A stretch of DNA of 64,000 nt, the filler included, from Octopus bimaculoides (Eukaryota), in NCBI RefSeq assembly GCF_001194135.2. It is 5 parts of 4 records of this genome, joined end to end, with 100 filler letters (N's around TTAATTAATTAA, not from the genome) between each part and the next. Parts side by side here need not be neighbours in the genome. Positions count along the whole stretch, not along the records: positions 1 to 12,172 come from NC_068984.1; positions 12,273 to 30,947 come from NC_068990.1; 3 more parts are not named here. One strand, given 5' to 3'. Positions 1 to 12,374 of the stretch are shown here, piece after piece. The notes beneath the pieces were generated by a model. It was given only the letters and a program-made list of their open reading frames with translations, had not been told where the DNA came from and made no database searches. The first letter of the stretch is position 1, and each line of letters begins with the position of its first letter. Both the position numbers and the translations under genes were made by a program.

Positions 1-180
1 GTAAAAGCACCCACTACACTCTCTGAGTGGTTGGCGTTAGGAAGGGCATCCAGCTGTAGAAACTCTGCCAAATCAGACTGGAGCCTGGTGTTGCCATCCG
101 GTTTCACCAGTCCTCAGTCAAATCGTCCAACCCATGCTAGCATGGAAAGCGGACGTTAAACGATGATGATGATGATGATG
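1..180 (+). mobile_element. 3' end of RTE-type LINE/SINE with (GAT)n tail
   Basis: Near-identical reverse complement of 3519-3700, which is the 3' UTR of the RTE LINE below; ends in aaacgatgatgatgat. Confidence 0.8.
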
Positions 181-224
181 ATTAGAAGAAATCAAACTAA
201 AAGCAGAAAATGATGAATTTACTT

Positions 225-1720
225 AAAAATTAAGGGAACTGTGAGTGCTGAAAAAATAATAAGATGCATTTTGCAAAATGAACACAAATTCAAACCTGTT
301 CTCAATTTGTGACAATGTGCTAATGTATGCACAAAGAGTGGTAGTACCGACCACACTACAGAAACAAATGCTGAAAGAGTTTCACATTGGTCACCCAGAG
401 ATTTCAAGAATGAAATCGTTGATGAGAAGCTGTGTATTGGCCAAGAATGGACTGAGAGATAGATGAATTAGTGAAAGCATACAAAGAGTATGCTCTAGCA
501 ACAAAATAACCTACCGCAAAATGGCAATCGTAGCCTAAAACAGATACCCCATGGTTCAGATTGCATGTTGATTTCGCAGGTCCACTTAACGGTTCACATT
601 ACCTTGTTGTGGTAGATAGTTTTTCTAAGTGGCCTGAAGTACTTAAGTATAAAAAAACCAACATCCTCAGTTACAGTAAGTAAAAAAACCAACATCCTCA
701 GTTACAGTAAGTACAAATTGTTCACCAGATATGATATTCCTGATACCACTGTCTGACAATGGAACTCAGTTTACTGCAGATGAGTTCAAGAAATTCTGTA
801 AAATGTTCTCTATCAAACATGTGACAACTCTGCCATATCATCCTAGGTCAAATGGACAAGCAGAGTATTTTGTCAATACATTTAAGGGGGCTTTAAAGGA
901 AGTGAACAAGAAAATAATGAATGTCCTAGCATTTTAACAGTTTTTTAGGGTATATCAAGTGACACCGAATCCCAATACCCCATATGGAATGTCACCTGTG
1001 GAATTAATGTTCACTAGAAAGATTAGATCATTGTTTGACAAGTTGTTACCAGGTAACAACAAATATAATACAAAATTTTTCAAAATTGGTGGCAAAGTTT
1101 TAAAATGTATAAAACAGTAAAGAAATGTGGGAAGATGGAATGATTACTAAACATTGGGAAAGTGTTATTTTTGGTAAAAGTACGCAACCACTAACATAAG
1201 AGACATATAAATCAACTAAAAAAAGGTTTACTGAGGAAATGGTCACAAGAAACAAAATTCTGTTTGAAGTCTTTTATGATATGTTTGATGTATCAACAGC
1301 TAAACAAATTGTGGAAACAACATGTTCAATTTTGAGAAAAAGAAAGCAAACAGAAGTACTTGAAATAGACCCTAAATGCAAAAGATTTTAAGCTCCAGGC
1401 AGAGTTAAATTCTCAAAAAGGGAAGATGTTATGGGAAAATCCTGAACACCATGTATCTGAAGGTGAACTAACTGATTACAATAAATAAGAACTGAATGAA
1501 CTGTCAAGGGCGTAGTTGACGGTGTTAGTTCAACTATATTGGTTAACCATGTTAGTTTAATATGTGTTGGTTTAACAGTCGGTAGTTGAACAGTGAATAC
1601 TGAGCATCATACCTACATTCGAGTAGTATGGAATGCATTCTGTGTTGACATATTTCTACGATAGGTTATTTTTAGATAACCACAACCAACTATTTATTTG
1701 TGTAATATCATTTTATGCCA
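225..1720 (+). mobile_element. Degenerate Ty3/Gypsy LTR retrotransposon: integrase, polypurine tract and start of 3' LTR
   Basis: Integrase peptides DNVLMYAQRVVVPTTLQKQMLKEFHIGHPEISRMKSLMRS, WFRLHVDFAGP and [16 protein letters not shown]...[11 protein letters not shown], with stops and frameshifts. Purine tract aaaaagggaaga (1415-1426) is immediately followed by TGTTAT at 1427. LTR right end uncertain. Confidence 0.8.
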
Positions 1721-2104
1721 GATGAGTATTACTTTAGAGTCTACTTTTTCAGATATATGAACTGCTGACAATAACAGTGTCTAAAATATACAGCCCTATA
1801 TGGTTGCATATGTCCATGCTGTTGTGAGCTCCATTGCTACACCAAAAGAGCCCTCTGGGTCAATTTGCTTGACCCAGACCAACATTTATTAAACAGCAGC
1901 ATTTATATGACATGCATAATTATATCACTGTCTCTGTTACTAATGTCAGTGAAGCCTGTAGCAATAGTAAGTACCTTTACCAGCAGCCCTTTTGATAAAG
2001 ACGGGTAAAAATCAACTATATTGAATTGGGTGAACATTGCCCTGATTGGTTTTAAACCATGAAATCATTGTAAAATACTCTGCAACTGGGGTACATAATA
2101 AATC

Positions 2105-3468
2105 ATCAGTAGTTCATATATCTGAAAAAGAAGCACACTCTAAAGCATTAGAGCAGTAATATATTTTTAGGAGGTCATCAGTTATGACCTGTCATAGAGT
2201 GATCATTAGTTTTGCACCTATAAAGTGCTTAGCAGTATAGGCAAACTGTCAGATTCAAATGGCTAAAGGCACATAATCTCTCTACAATTAGAGGAAGAAA
2301 TACATAATGGTCAGTTGATTTGTAAACAAAAAATACACAAGAAATAAATGTCCATGGTACAGGCAACACAGGGTTATCCCCCATACATCGGCTCTATTTG
2401 ATATTTGAAGGCGCTCTGGTGGGCCTATTCAATGAATGGGAAATTCTAAGTTTGTTGTAGGAAACGTTTTAGATGTGAGCATTGACTGAATACTTCTCTC
2501 CTTAAGTTTATAAAGGGCCTCAGCTTGAGCAAGTTTCTTAAGATTCTTGCACTCTCTGCCAAGCAAAACTTATATCATTTGCTCCCATTTATATAAGTCC
2601 AGAGTTGTTCAAGGAGCTTCCGGGTGCCAGTCATTGAATTTGGTTCAGTTTCGATCTCACTTGCCCCAACAGGTCTTCGCAAGCTGAGTTTAGTGTCCAA
2701 TGAAGGAAGGTTGGCATGGGTGCCAGTCAACTAGTTTGGTTCAATTTTTGATTTCAATTTCAATTTCACTTGCATAAGTTGTTCAAGGAGCTTCCATTGT
2801 ATGGGGTTCCTTCCTCTTTAAAGTACCATATGTGGCTGGCCAGAGATGTGATGTATTTTTCCAGTAGCCTGAAAGAGGGCTTATGGTTGTTCAGACATTG
2901 CTTAGATGGGACCGCAGTTGAACTGACATATTTTTGTGTCTGTGTACTGGATGTGCTTACCACCTCTGATGTTTCTTTGTTGTTGCTTGAGTTGCTGCCA
3001 GTGCTGATATTCCTGGATGTGATTCTGTTGGTTCCATTGCTGCTGACATAGCAGCTATTTCTAGATGCTATATTGGTGTTGTTGCTGCGATCGTAATTGT
3101 TGGTATTGTTGTTTGTGTTACTTGATGCACTGCTGTTGTTAGCACCACCACCACTGTCGTTGTTGTTGTTGTCAGCAGATGTGTCATTGCTGCTTTGGCT
3201 GTTACTCTGGCTGTTGTGGTGGCCACCCCCTCAGCCTCATACACAACCCCTTCAGCTTTGCATTAGTCTTCCCTCCACACTGAGAAGTCATTGTATACCC
3301 TACATGAGCATTCTGCCTCTGCTCGCGGTTTAGAGGTGTTCACTAAATTTTTCTTAATGTTTTTGTGCACAACTAAAGGATGCCCTCTGTGATCAGCCAT
3401 AACTTTTGACTTCCTAAAAAATATATTACTTTAGAGTGTACTTCTTTTTCAGATATATGAACTGCTGG

Positions 3469-3473
<5 letters not shown>
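2105..3473 (-). mobile_element. Penelope-like element remnant (GIY-YIG endonuclease) with inverted termini
   Basis: Minus-strand peptides KYVSSTAVPSKQCLNNHKPSFRLLEKYITSLASHIWYFKEEGTPY and YINGSK*YKFCLAE...NLRREVFSQCSHLKRFL match the PLE GIY-YIG C-terminus and the second copy at 42.3-43.2 kb. 2105-2230 and 3345-3470 are inverted relatives. Confidence 0.7.
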
Positions 3474-3508
<35 letters not shown>

Positions 3509-3518
3509 GTATATACAA

Positions 3519-5393
3519 CATCATCATCATTTAACGTTCATTTTCCATGCTAGCATGGGTTGGACGATTTGACTGGGGACTAGCGAACCAGATGGCTACA
3601 CCAGACTCCAATCTGATCTGGCAGAGTTTCTACAGCTGGATGCTCTTCCTAACACCAACCACTCCAAGAGTGTAGTGGGTACTTTTTACGTGCCACCGGC
3701 ACGAGGGCCAGTCTGGCAATACTGGCAACGGCCACGTTCAAATGGTGTTTTTTATGTGCAACCTGCACAGGAGTCCAATGTTTTGTTCACATGCCACTGG
3801 CATGAGTGCCAGTAAGGCGAAGCTGGAAACAATCGCACTCAAATGGTGCTTTTTACGTGCCACTGGCACGGAAGCAAGACCGCTGCTCTGGCAGTGATCT
3901 CACTCGGATGGTGCTGTTAGCACTCCACTGGCACGGGTGCCAGTCATTGAATTTGGTTCAGTTTCGATCTCACTTGCCCCAACAGGTCTTCGTAAGCTGA
4001 GTTTAGTGTCCAATGAAGGAAGGTTGGCATGGGTGCCAGTCAACTAGTTTGGTTCAATTTTTGATTTCAATTTCACTTGCCTCAACAGGTCTTAGCAAAC
4101 AGGGTTTTGTGTCCAAAGAAGGAAAGGTATGCATAAGTGGGCTGGCTACACCCCTGGTAAAGGCCACAGGTTGTGGTCTCACTTGTCTTGCCCCGGTCTT
4201 CTCACGCACAGCATATTTCCAAAGGTCTCGGTCACAAGGCTATTCTTATTCTAGCAGCTACACTTTCAGTGCAGCCTCCCCAGCTACAAACTTGGTCACC
4301 TAGGTAGCGGAAGCTATCAACTATTTCTAGTTTTTCTCCCTGGAGTGTGGCAAAGGTTGTTTTCTGCACATTGTCAGTGTTTATTGCTCCTGAGCATCTG
4401 CCACACACAAAAACTATCTTGCTAGTTAGCCTTCCTTTGATATTGCTACACCTCATATGTGTCTATAGCTTACACTGGATACATCTTATAGAGTTTCTAC
4501 CTACACTTTTTCTACAGATCGAGCAGGGCTATCTACTTGAAGGGGTTTGTGGTTTGTCTACCTTTCTACTTAGTAGGACTTTGGTTTTAGCTAGGTTGAC
4601 TCTAAGGCCCTTCGATTCTAATCCTTGCTTCCACACCTGAAACTTCTCTAGTTCTGGTAATGACTCAGCAATTAGAGCAAGGTCATCAGCATAGAGGAGC
4701 TCCCAGGGGCATCCCGTCTTGAATTCCTGTGTTATTGCCTGGAGGACTATGATAAATAGGAAGGGGGCTGAGGACTGAACCTTGGTGGACCCCTACCTCT
4801 ACCCAGAATTCTTCACTGTACTCATTGCCAACCCTCACCTTACTGACAGCGTCCCTGTACATGGCTCGCACAGCTCTCACTAATCATTCATCAATCCCTA
4901 GTTTCCTCATTGACCTCCAGGTATTGGATCGAAGGACGCTGTCGAAGGCTTTCTCCATGTCAACGAAAGCCAGGTACAGAGGTTTATCTTTCACTAAGTA
5001 TTTCTCCTGCAGCTGTCTTACCAGAAATATAGCATCAGTGGTGCTTTTCCCAGGCACGAATCCAAACTGCATCTTATCTAAGCTGACTCTCTCCCTAATT
5101 AGTTGAGCTATGACCCTCTCGGTGACCTTCATTACCTGGTCCAACAACTTGATACTTCTGTAATTGTTTGTGTCTAAAGCGTCACCTTTACCTTTGTAGC
5201 AGTTGATTAAGGTGCTGCTACACCAGTCATTGGATATGACTCCTTCGTGTATCACCTGATTAACTATACGGGTGATTAGGCTATAGCCAACACTGCCAGA
5301 TATTTTGAGCATCTCTGCAGTGATTCCTGATAGGCCGGGGGCTTTCCCTGTCTTCATATTCTTGATCGCTTTATCTACCAAGATACTGTTGAT
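3519..5393 (-). mobile_element. 5'-truncated RTE-clade non-LTR retrotransposon (RT remnant, 3' UTR, (GAT)n tail)
   Basis: RT peptides KAPGLSGITAEMLK...NYRSIKLLDQVMKVTER...QFGFVPGKSTTDAIFLVRQLQEKY...AFVDMEKAFD, VGVHQGSVLSP and LLYADDL; continues into a subrepeated UTR and a catcatcat tail at 3519. Confidence 0.9.
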
Positions 5394-5454
5394 TATACAT
5401 ATATATATATAAAATATGAGAAAAAAAGAAAATGGAATTCACGGTAAATTACAA

Positions 5455-5675
5455 GGTTGTCAAGTGGTGGTGGGGGACATACACAGACACAAAGACACAC
5501 TCATGCATATATAGACAGCAGGCTTCTTTTAGCTTCTGTCCACCAAATTCACTCACAAGGCTTTGGTCGGCTTGAGATTAATGTGAAACATACTGCCCAA
5601 GGTGCCACACAGTGGAACTGAACCCAGAATTGTAGTTGGAAAGCAAGCTTCTTGCTACACAGCCATGCCTGCGCC

Positions 5676-5676
<1 letters not shown>
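5455..5676 (-). mobile_element. tRNA-headed SINE (family A)
   Basis: Homologous to copies at 25455-25910, 46668-46832 and 57668-57830; head has A-box-like tggctgtg and B-box-like ggttcagt motifs. Confidence 0.75.
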
Positions 5677-5708
<32 letters not shown>

Positions 5709-5711
5709 ATC

Positions 5712-6970
5712 GGTGTGGGGGTACCCAGAAGTAACCGGAAACATTCTCTGTGGAACAAGCCCATTATCGTTCAGGCTTCTGCCACTAGAAGTCATTTGAT
5801 GCAGCCCTCGAGCATCAGTCTGCCAACCAGTGGTGTTGACTGAAGTCGTACTGCCAAGTGGTGTGTCTTTGTTTTACAGTGCTTCTCCCCTATTTGTCGA
5901 TTTTTGCAATGGCTGAAACAAAGGAACAGTGTGCTTCCATGAAATTCTGTTTTCTGCTGGAGAAAACAGCAGCCAAAACAGTTGTCATGCTTCAAACAGC
6001 TTACAAGGACACTGCCATGAGCAAAACATAAATTCACAAGTGGTTTTCGCACTTTAGAAATGGTCACTTGTTGCCTGAAGACCAACCTCATTCAGGGCAA
6101 CTATCAACCTGAACAAATGAAAACATTACAAAAATTCATGAACTGATCTTGGAAGACCATCACCAAACAATTGACAAACTTGTTGATATGACTAGTGTAT
6201 CCTCAATCTCCTGCCAATGAATTTTGAGTGAGGAATTATGAAGGAAAAGTGTTGCAGCGAAATTTGTGCCTCGCTTGCTCACAGAAGATCAAAAGCAGTC
6301 AGGACTGAATGTGAGTCAAGAACTGGAAGAACAGTCAGAAGTTGATCTAAACCTTTTTCCAAAGGTCATCACTGGTGATGAAAGCTGGTGCTACAGTTAC
6401 GACCCAGAAACAAAGTAGCAATCAAGTCAGTGAAAGCATTCAATGTCACCACACCCCCATAAAGCACATCAAGTGAATTCCAATGTCAAGATGATGCTGA
6501 TTTGTTTCTCCTGGTCAAACTGTTAACCAAACATTTTACTTGACAGTTTTGAAGTGTTTGCGAGACGCGGTAAGACAAAAATGCCTCAACATGTGGAAAA
6601 GTAGAGAGTGGTGGTTTCTTCACAACAATGCACCTGTGCACAATGCCTTGAGTGTGAGACAGTTTTTGCCAAAAATGGCATGACCTTGCTTACCCACCCT
6701 CTCTATTCACCCAGTCTTGCTCCTTGTGACTTTTTTCTGTTCCCCCAAATGAAAAAAATCCTTAAAAGAAAACATTTTGCAGATGTGGAAAGGGTGAAGA
6801 AAAAATGATAGAAGTGTTAAAAGGCATCACTTTGCAAGAGTTCCAGGACTGCTTTGAACAGTGGAAAACGCGCCTGGACTAATGCATTGCTTCAAATGGA
6901 GAATACTTTGAAGGCAATAAAAATGTAAACATGTAAAACTAAGTGAATAAAATTAATATTGCGAAATTCC
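5712..6970 (+). mobile_element. Near full-length degenerate mariner transposon
   Basis: MAETKEQCASMKFCFLLEKT (HTH), KFVPRLLT, KVITGDESWCYSYDPETK and HPLYSPSLAPCDFFLFP motifs with several stops. Left end gggtacccagaagtaaccggaa; right end runs into an N gap. Confidence 0.9.
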
Positions 6971-7429
6971 NNNNNNNNNNCACACACACACACACATACA
7001 TACATACTATAAATTAACTGCAAAGATATTAATTTAAATGATGTAAGCACTACCACAAAAATAGCAGACTTTCAAGACTTGAACCTTGTATTTATTATTA
7101 TATTTTTGGCAATTGCATTACACTTCATTACACCTAAGGTCACTCTCTTATATATTGGTTAAGCACTAAGCATACTTGACCCAACAAAATGTTGGGCCGA
7201 GAAACAAGTCTTGACTATAATTCCATAACCTCACCATGCATTAGAAAAATCAATTAAAAATTTTTTTTAAATTTCCATTAACTTTCTTAAATTTGGTTAA
7301 ATTGCATATACTTTGTTAAAATATTCATTGTGTTATAACAATTATTTTCATATAAGTTTTATAGCATAATAATTAATAATTATAATAATAATAAAATATT
7401 TTTAACATTTTCTCAAGAACCTCTTCATA

Positions 7430-8270
7430 TTCACATTTCAGTTTTTTTCTACTCTTACTTATCCTCTCCCACTCTTTTCTTTCTATGTTTGTTTACTCTC
7501 TCTCCTACTTATTCTCTTTCTATCAGTATATATATATATATTTGTCTATCTCTTTCTGTCTGTCTATCTTTTCTGCTTGCTTTTCTGTCTCCCACTCTTC
7601 CTCTATGTTTACTTTCCTTTCCTTTCTGTCGATTCTCTTTCAATCCTCCTATCTATTTATGAGTCCACCTCTCCTACTGTTCTTCTTTCTGTTTGTTTAC
7701 TCTCTCTCTCCTACATATTCTCCTTCCCTTTCTATCAGTCATTCTCTCTTCATATATCTGTCTATTTTTCTCTCTCTCTTCCCCTCTGTCTCTTCTGTTT
7801 GCTTTTCTCTCTCTCACTCTTCCTCTTATGTTTGTTTACTCTCTTTTCAACTTATTCTCTTTCCCTTTCTGTCAATTCTCTATCAATTCTCTTGTCTATC
7901 TGTAAGTCCTCCCCTCTCTCTATATCTATCTTTCTGTCTCTCTCTCTCTCTATATATATCTCAATCTTTCCCTCTCTTTCTCTGCTTTTTCATTTGCATT
8001 TCCCTCTTACACTCTTCTTCCTCCTACTACTGTAACTTCCTTCTCTATCTCCTGAACATGCTGTTTGCTCTAACTATTCCACTCTACCTCAGAACACTAG
8101 AGAACACTACCTCAAAACACTAGAGAAGTCATGTCTTCTCTCTGGTTATGTCCTGTCTCTTCTATCCAGTGATCATCGCCAGGTCATATTTAATTAACAC
8201 TATATCTGAATTCTCATTAATTCATTGAATTAGTACTTTTTTTTCCTGTCTCTCTCTCTCTATATATATA
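7430..8270. repeat. Pyrimidine-rich low-complexity tract with degenerate subrepeats
   Basis: Recurring gtttgtttactctc...tttctatcagt units at about 7487, 7690 and 7830; the ORFs here are compositional artefacts. Confidence 0.8.
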
Positions 8271-8284
8271 AAAAGTAATCTTAA

Positions 8285-9100
8285 AAAACAAGAGATTTTA
8301 ATGGAAAATATTTCCTGATTTACAGAAAAAGGGTTCGCCAAAATGTTTAAACTTTAATTTTTTTTTTTAAATTGTTGTTTTACAGAGAAAGGTTGAATAA
8401 AATGTAAGAAACTAGAATTGAAAAAATAAAAAAAAATTAATTGGCATTTGATTGCACTTTTTGAAATGCTCATCTCATTAACAAACATCTTATTTTCAAA
8501 GGTGCAATCCCCTTCAATCCCCTTCTATTAACAAATGAAGATTAACTATATCATTTCTTTTAGGAGCACAAATAGAAGAATATGATGGGGGATTAAGGAC
8601 AGAAGGAGACAAATGATGGAATGGAGGAAAGAAAAGAAAAAGGAGGAGTAGAGGAGAGGAGAAACATGAAACAAAGGCAGTTCCAGGGAGAAGGATAATG
8701 AGCTATTCAAAGAGGAAAGATTGAAGGAGGTGAATGATGGAATGAAAGAGAGAAAAGAAAAAGAAAGAAAAGAGAAAAGGAAAAGAAGAGAGAAGAAGCA
8801 GGAAAGCGAGATAGGTCTGGGAAGAAGGGTAATGACCCAAATGAAGAGAAAAGATTGAAAAATGGAATAGAGAGAAAAGGAAAAGAAAGAGGAGGAAGAG
8901 ATGGAAAGAGTTTATTATTAAAACTATTATTGGCAACAAAATGCGAATTAGAATTTAAAAATTTTTTCTCTCAATTCCAGTTTCTAACTTTTGAAGGTTC
9001 AACATTTTATTAAACCTTTTTCTATAAAACAATTTTTTTTTTTAGAAAAATTTAAAGTTTAAACATTTTGTTGAACCCTTTTTCTGTAAAACATATATTT
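8285..9100. repeat. Fold-back element: ~150-bp inverted arms around a purine-rich spacer
   Basis: 8300-8440 (cagaaaaagggttcgccaaaatgtttaaacttt...) is the reverse complement of 8955-9098 (...aaagtttaaacattttgttgaaccctttttctg). Confidence 0.65.
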
Positions 9101-9101
9101 A

Positions 9102-10830
9102 TTAGGGTGTCCTGTTTTCATGGTCAAAATTTTTTCTGACTCCACCATTGTCTTGTATGGTGTCAATGGATGAAAAAATGAGGTATACAAAGTGACAGGA
9201 CTCTAAAACTATTTTTGTGAATACATGAGCCTCCTGAAGTTGAAAAAAATGTGTTTGGGTTGCAAAATTAGCCATTTTCATTGAAAGGTATCTGTTTAAT
9301 GTTTGTTTCATTAGTCTCATGTGGATCTAAATTATGCTAGAAAATTATGGTGCAAATGTAAAATACATTTCTAATGACTTTATAACAAGCACAAAGTTAC
9401 GGTTGGCTAAAAATCTTAAAATCTTATAATCACATCTACTAGATGTTAAACACTCATAAATAGGAGGGAACAAAGAGAAGGGGGATCAGGTCAGTGGGTG
9501 TCATAATATTTTTGGTAAAAGCAACATAACATTAATTTGGGTATCTTTTATTTGAGATCTAGAAAGAAAATATAGGTAGAATATAGTAAGAGTGTTCAGT
9601 GATAATTGAAATCAATTCTGCATTTAATGAATGGTTGTTGCTTTTGTCATAGAATTTTGATTTTTTTTGTGGTGGTAGGACACTGATTTTTGTTTAAAGT
9701 GATATATACAACTAACTGCACAGTGATAAGATGCTGACTTTTTAAAACTTATATTCAAGTGATATATACAATTGAAATAAGATGGCAAAAACAAGATCAA
9801 GCAAAGAAATATTTCTTATTAGTAAAACACTTTCAGATATAAAAAAACAGTCAACTGCCTACAAACAAAGAAATTCTGCAATATTTCTACTACATGAAGA
9901 CAAACAATCCTAAAATGCAAGAAAAACACATTGTTTGTTGTGGTGTAAGACATCATCACCAACTGAAATGTGATAGTGACTGTTGTTTGTTGAATAAGAT
10001 TGTTTCAATACATAACAAAGTAGGAATAGATCAAGTGAAGAAGAAAGTTTTAGATTTACTACAGATGCATAAAAAGCTGGTGTCTCTAAAAAGTAGAAAA
10101 AGTTTAAAAGAGCAACAGAAACGAGAGGGCTTCACTGAAAAGCTGCTACCTGATCTTTTTGACATAATTCCCAAAGATGTAGAGAACATCATCAAAAAAG
10201 ACAAGGAAGGAACTGAGAAAGACAAACATGGAGACATCATGTTCATACAGGATTGAAGGGGTCCCAGAAAATGTATAATTGGCAGAAATGATTCAAATTA
10301 TACTAAAGCTGTTGGGAGACAGGAAAAGCAAAAGGAAAGATTATTTAACATAGAAAATCAGTAAGTGCTAAGTGAACAATGAACATCTATTCATTTTTCT
10401 TGTTAAATATCAGCTGAATAGTTATGTACTGGGGATTCTTTTTATGGTACAACTTGTATTATATACTTTAAAAGTATATTAAAAAATGTATTTTGGAAGT
10501 TTGATTTAGAATTAAAAAAAATTTGCCAACCATGTTACATTGTACTTGTCATAAAATCATTAAAAATAAATTATGCACCTGCACCTTAATTTTCTAGCAC
10601 AAATTAGATCCACATGAGACTTATAAAACAAATATTAAACAAATACCTTTCAATTTGACATTACACAAGCACAATAAAAATGGCCAATTTTCAACTTCAG
10701 GAGGTTTGTGTACTCACAGAAATGGTTAGAGCCCTGTCATTTTGTATACTTCATTTTTTCATCTGCTTGCACCACACAAGACAATGGGGCAGTCAAAAAA
10801 AATTTTGACCCTGGAAACAGGACACCCCAA
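9102..10830 (+). mobile_element. Internally deleted DNA transposon with ~310-bp terminal inverted repeats and an N-terminal transposase remnant
   Basis: ttagggtgtcctgtttt...(9102-9418) versus ...aaacaggacaccccaa (10515-10830). Remnant peptide MAKTRSSKEIFLI...QLPTNKEILQYFYYM...KKVLDL...KREGFTEKLLPDLFDI...FIQD*RGPRK. Superfamily not established. Confidence 0.75.
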
Positions 10831-11747
10831 TCAAGGGCCCGGGAACTGGGGGTGCAGCGGGTGCACCCACACCCCCTAGAATTTTCAGGGGGTGCAAGAT
10901 CAAAATAAAGCCCCTTCAGAATTCTTTCAATACAAAACGACCATTATTTGCTTGACCACTGCCTGAGTAAGTGCCTTTTTTTTCAACTCCAACTTTAGTC
11001 TTGATTCACCTTTTCATTCAATCTTTACTTTCCTTTTTGTCTTTATTCCTCTCTATCTGCTCTTTTTATCCTTCTCTTGAGTTCCTTAGGAAATAGTTTC
11101 CTTTTAGCGTTACTACTAACAAATCATATCTTAAAGACGTAGTTTAGGCAGAATGCCTTATATATAGACAACTTTCATATTTTTATCTTGCCTTAATTCT
11201 GTCATATTATTAACCAAAAGTCTTCCTGCCTATATATAAAATAGTATCTGCGTCATATCTGTTTCCGATAGTGTCCTGCTTTTTCGTTTTATATAGAAAA
11301 CGTTGGTTTAATTAGTTTGATAAGTACCTCTGCATGAAACTCTCGAACCTTCAGTCACTATATAACTTTCTCTGATGAATAAATCTATACTTATTGAGAC
11401 TGACTCAACATAAGTTCTATTTTTCTTGTTTGAACCACTACGCCTCTGATGAGAACCCGATAATGTTCGGAAATCGATTAAAGTTGTTCATCTTTTGTTT
11501 TCAATCTACGGAGAAATGGCTAAACTTGCCCTCTTTATAAATATACGATATATATATAAATATAAATAGACCTCGATAATTGGCTCAAGAATCTCCCAAT
11601 GACTTTACAAAGGTCACTTGGGGCCCCAGTTTGCCGTGAAACCATTTGGTAGCTGGTATCATTATGAGGTCTATTTATATTTACCCACTTCTCTAATTGT
11701 AGTGTAAGCTCTCCTCCGGTTATATAGTTTTACCGTATATTATCACA

Positions 11748-11795
<48 letters not shown>

Positions 11796-12272
11796 GTAGG
11801 TAGGTACATATGCAAGCACACATACACGCATGCATATACATACGAATGTATGTATTTGTGTGTCTGTATGTCACCTCACCATCGCCTGATAACTAATGTT
11901 GATGCGATTATGCCCCTGTAACTTGCCGGTTCGAAAAAAGAGGCGATAGAATTAATACGAGGCTTCCAAAGAATGATTCCTGGCGTTGATTTCTTCAAAT
12001 AAAAGACGGTACTCTAGTATGGCCTATCGTCTTTTGAAGCATATTGGATGGGAGGTCATGTTGCTGGTTTTGCCAATAAAAGCACAAGCACTATTTATGT
12101 GATGTTCGCTATTTGTTTTTCAGGTTTTTGTTCGACCAGAGTTCTTTCGTTACAATTCAGTGTCCTTATACGNNNNNNNNNNNNNNNNNNNNNNNNNNNN
12201 NNNNNNNNNNNNNNNNTTAATTAATTAANNNNNNNNNNNNNNNNNNNNNNNNNNNNNNNNNNNNNNNNNNNN

Positions 12273-12374
<102 letters not shown>

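Noticed and set aside
1427-1776. TGTTAT...ATAACA as a complete 350-bp Gypsy LTR
   Set aside because: The last ~50 bp (1724-1770) match the Penelope-like terminal motif at 2107-2160 and 3421-3470, so the apparent right end may belong to a different element.
7485-8123. 212-aa hydrophobic S/L/F-rich ORF resembling a membrane protein
   Set aside because: Translation of pyrimidine low-complexity DNA; overlapping frames give equally hydrophobic junk.
12218-12229. TTAATTAATTAA island inside N-runs (also at about 30992, 57924 and 62903)
   Set aside because: An identical 12-mer with stops in all six frames, always flanked by Ns, is a scaffolding spacer rather than biological sequence.
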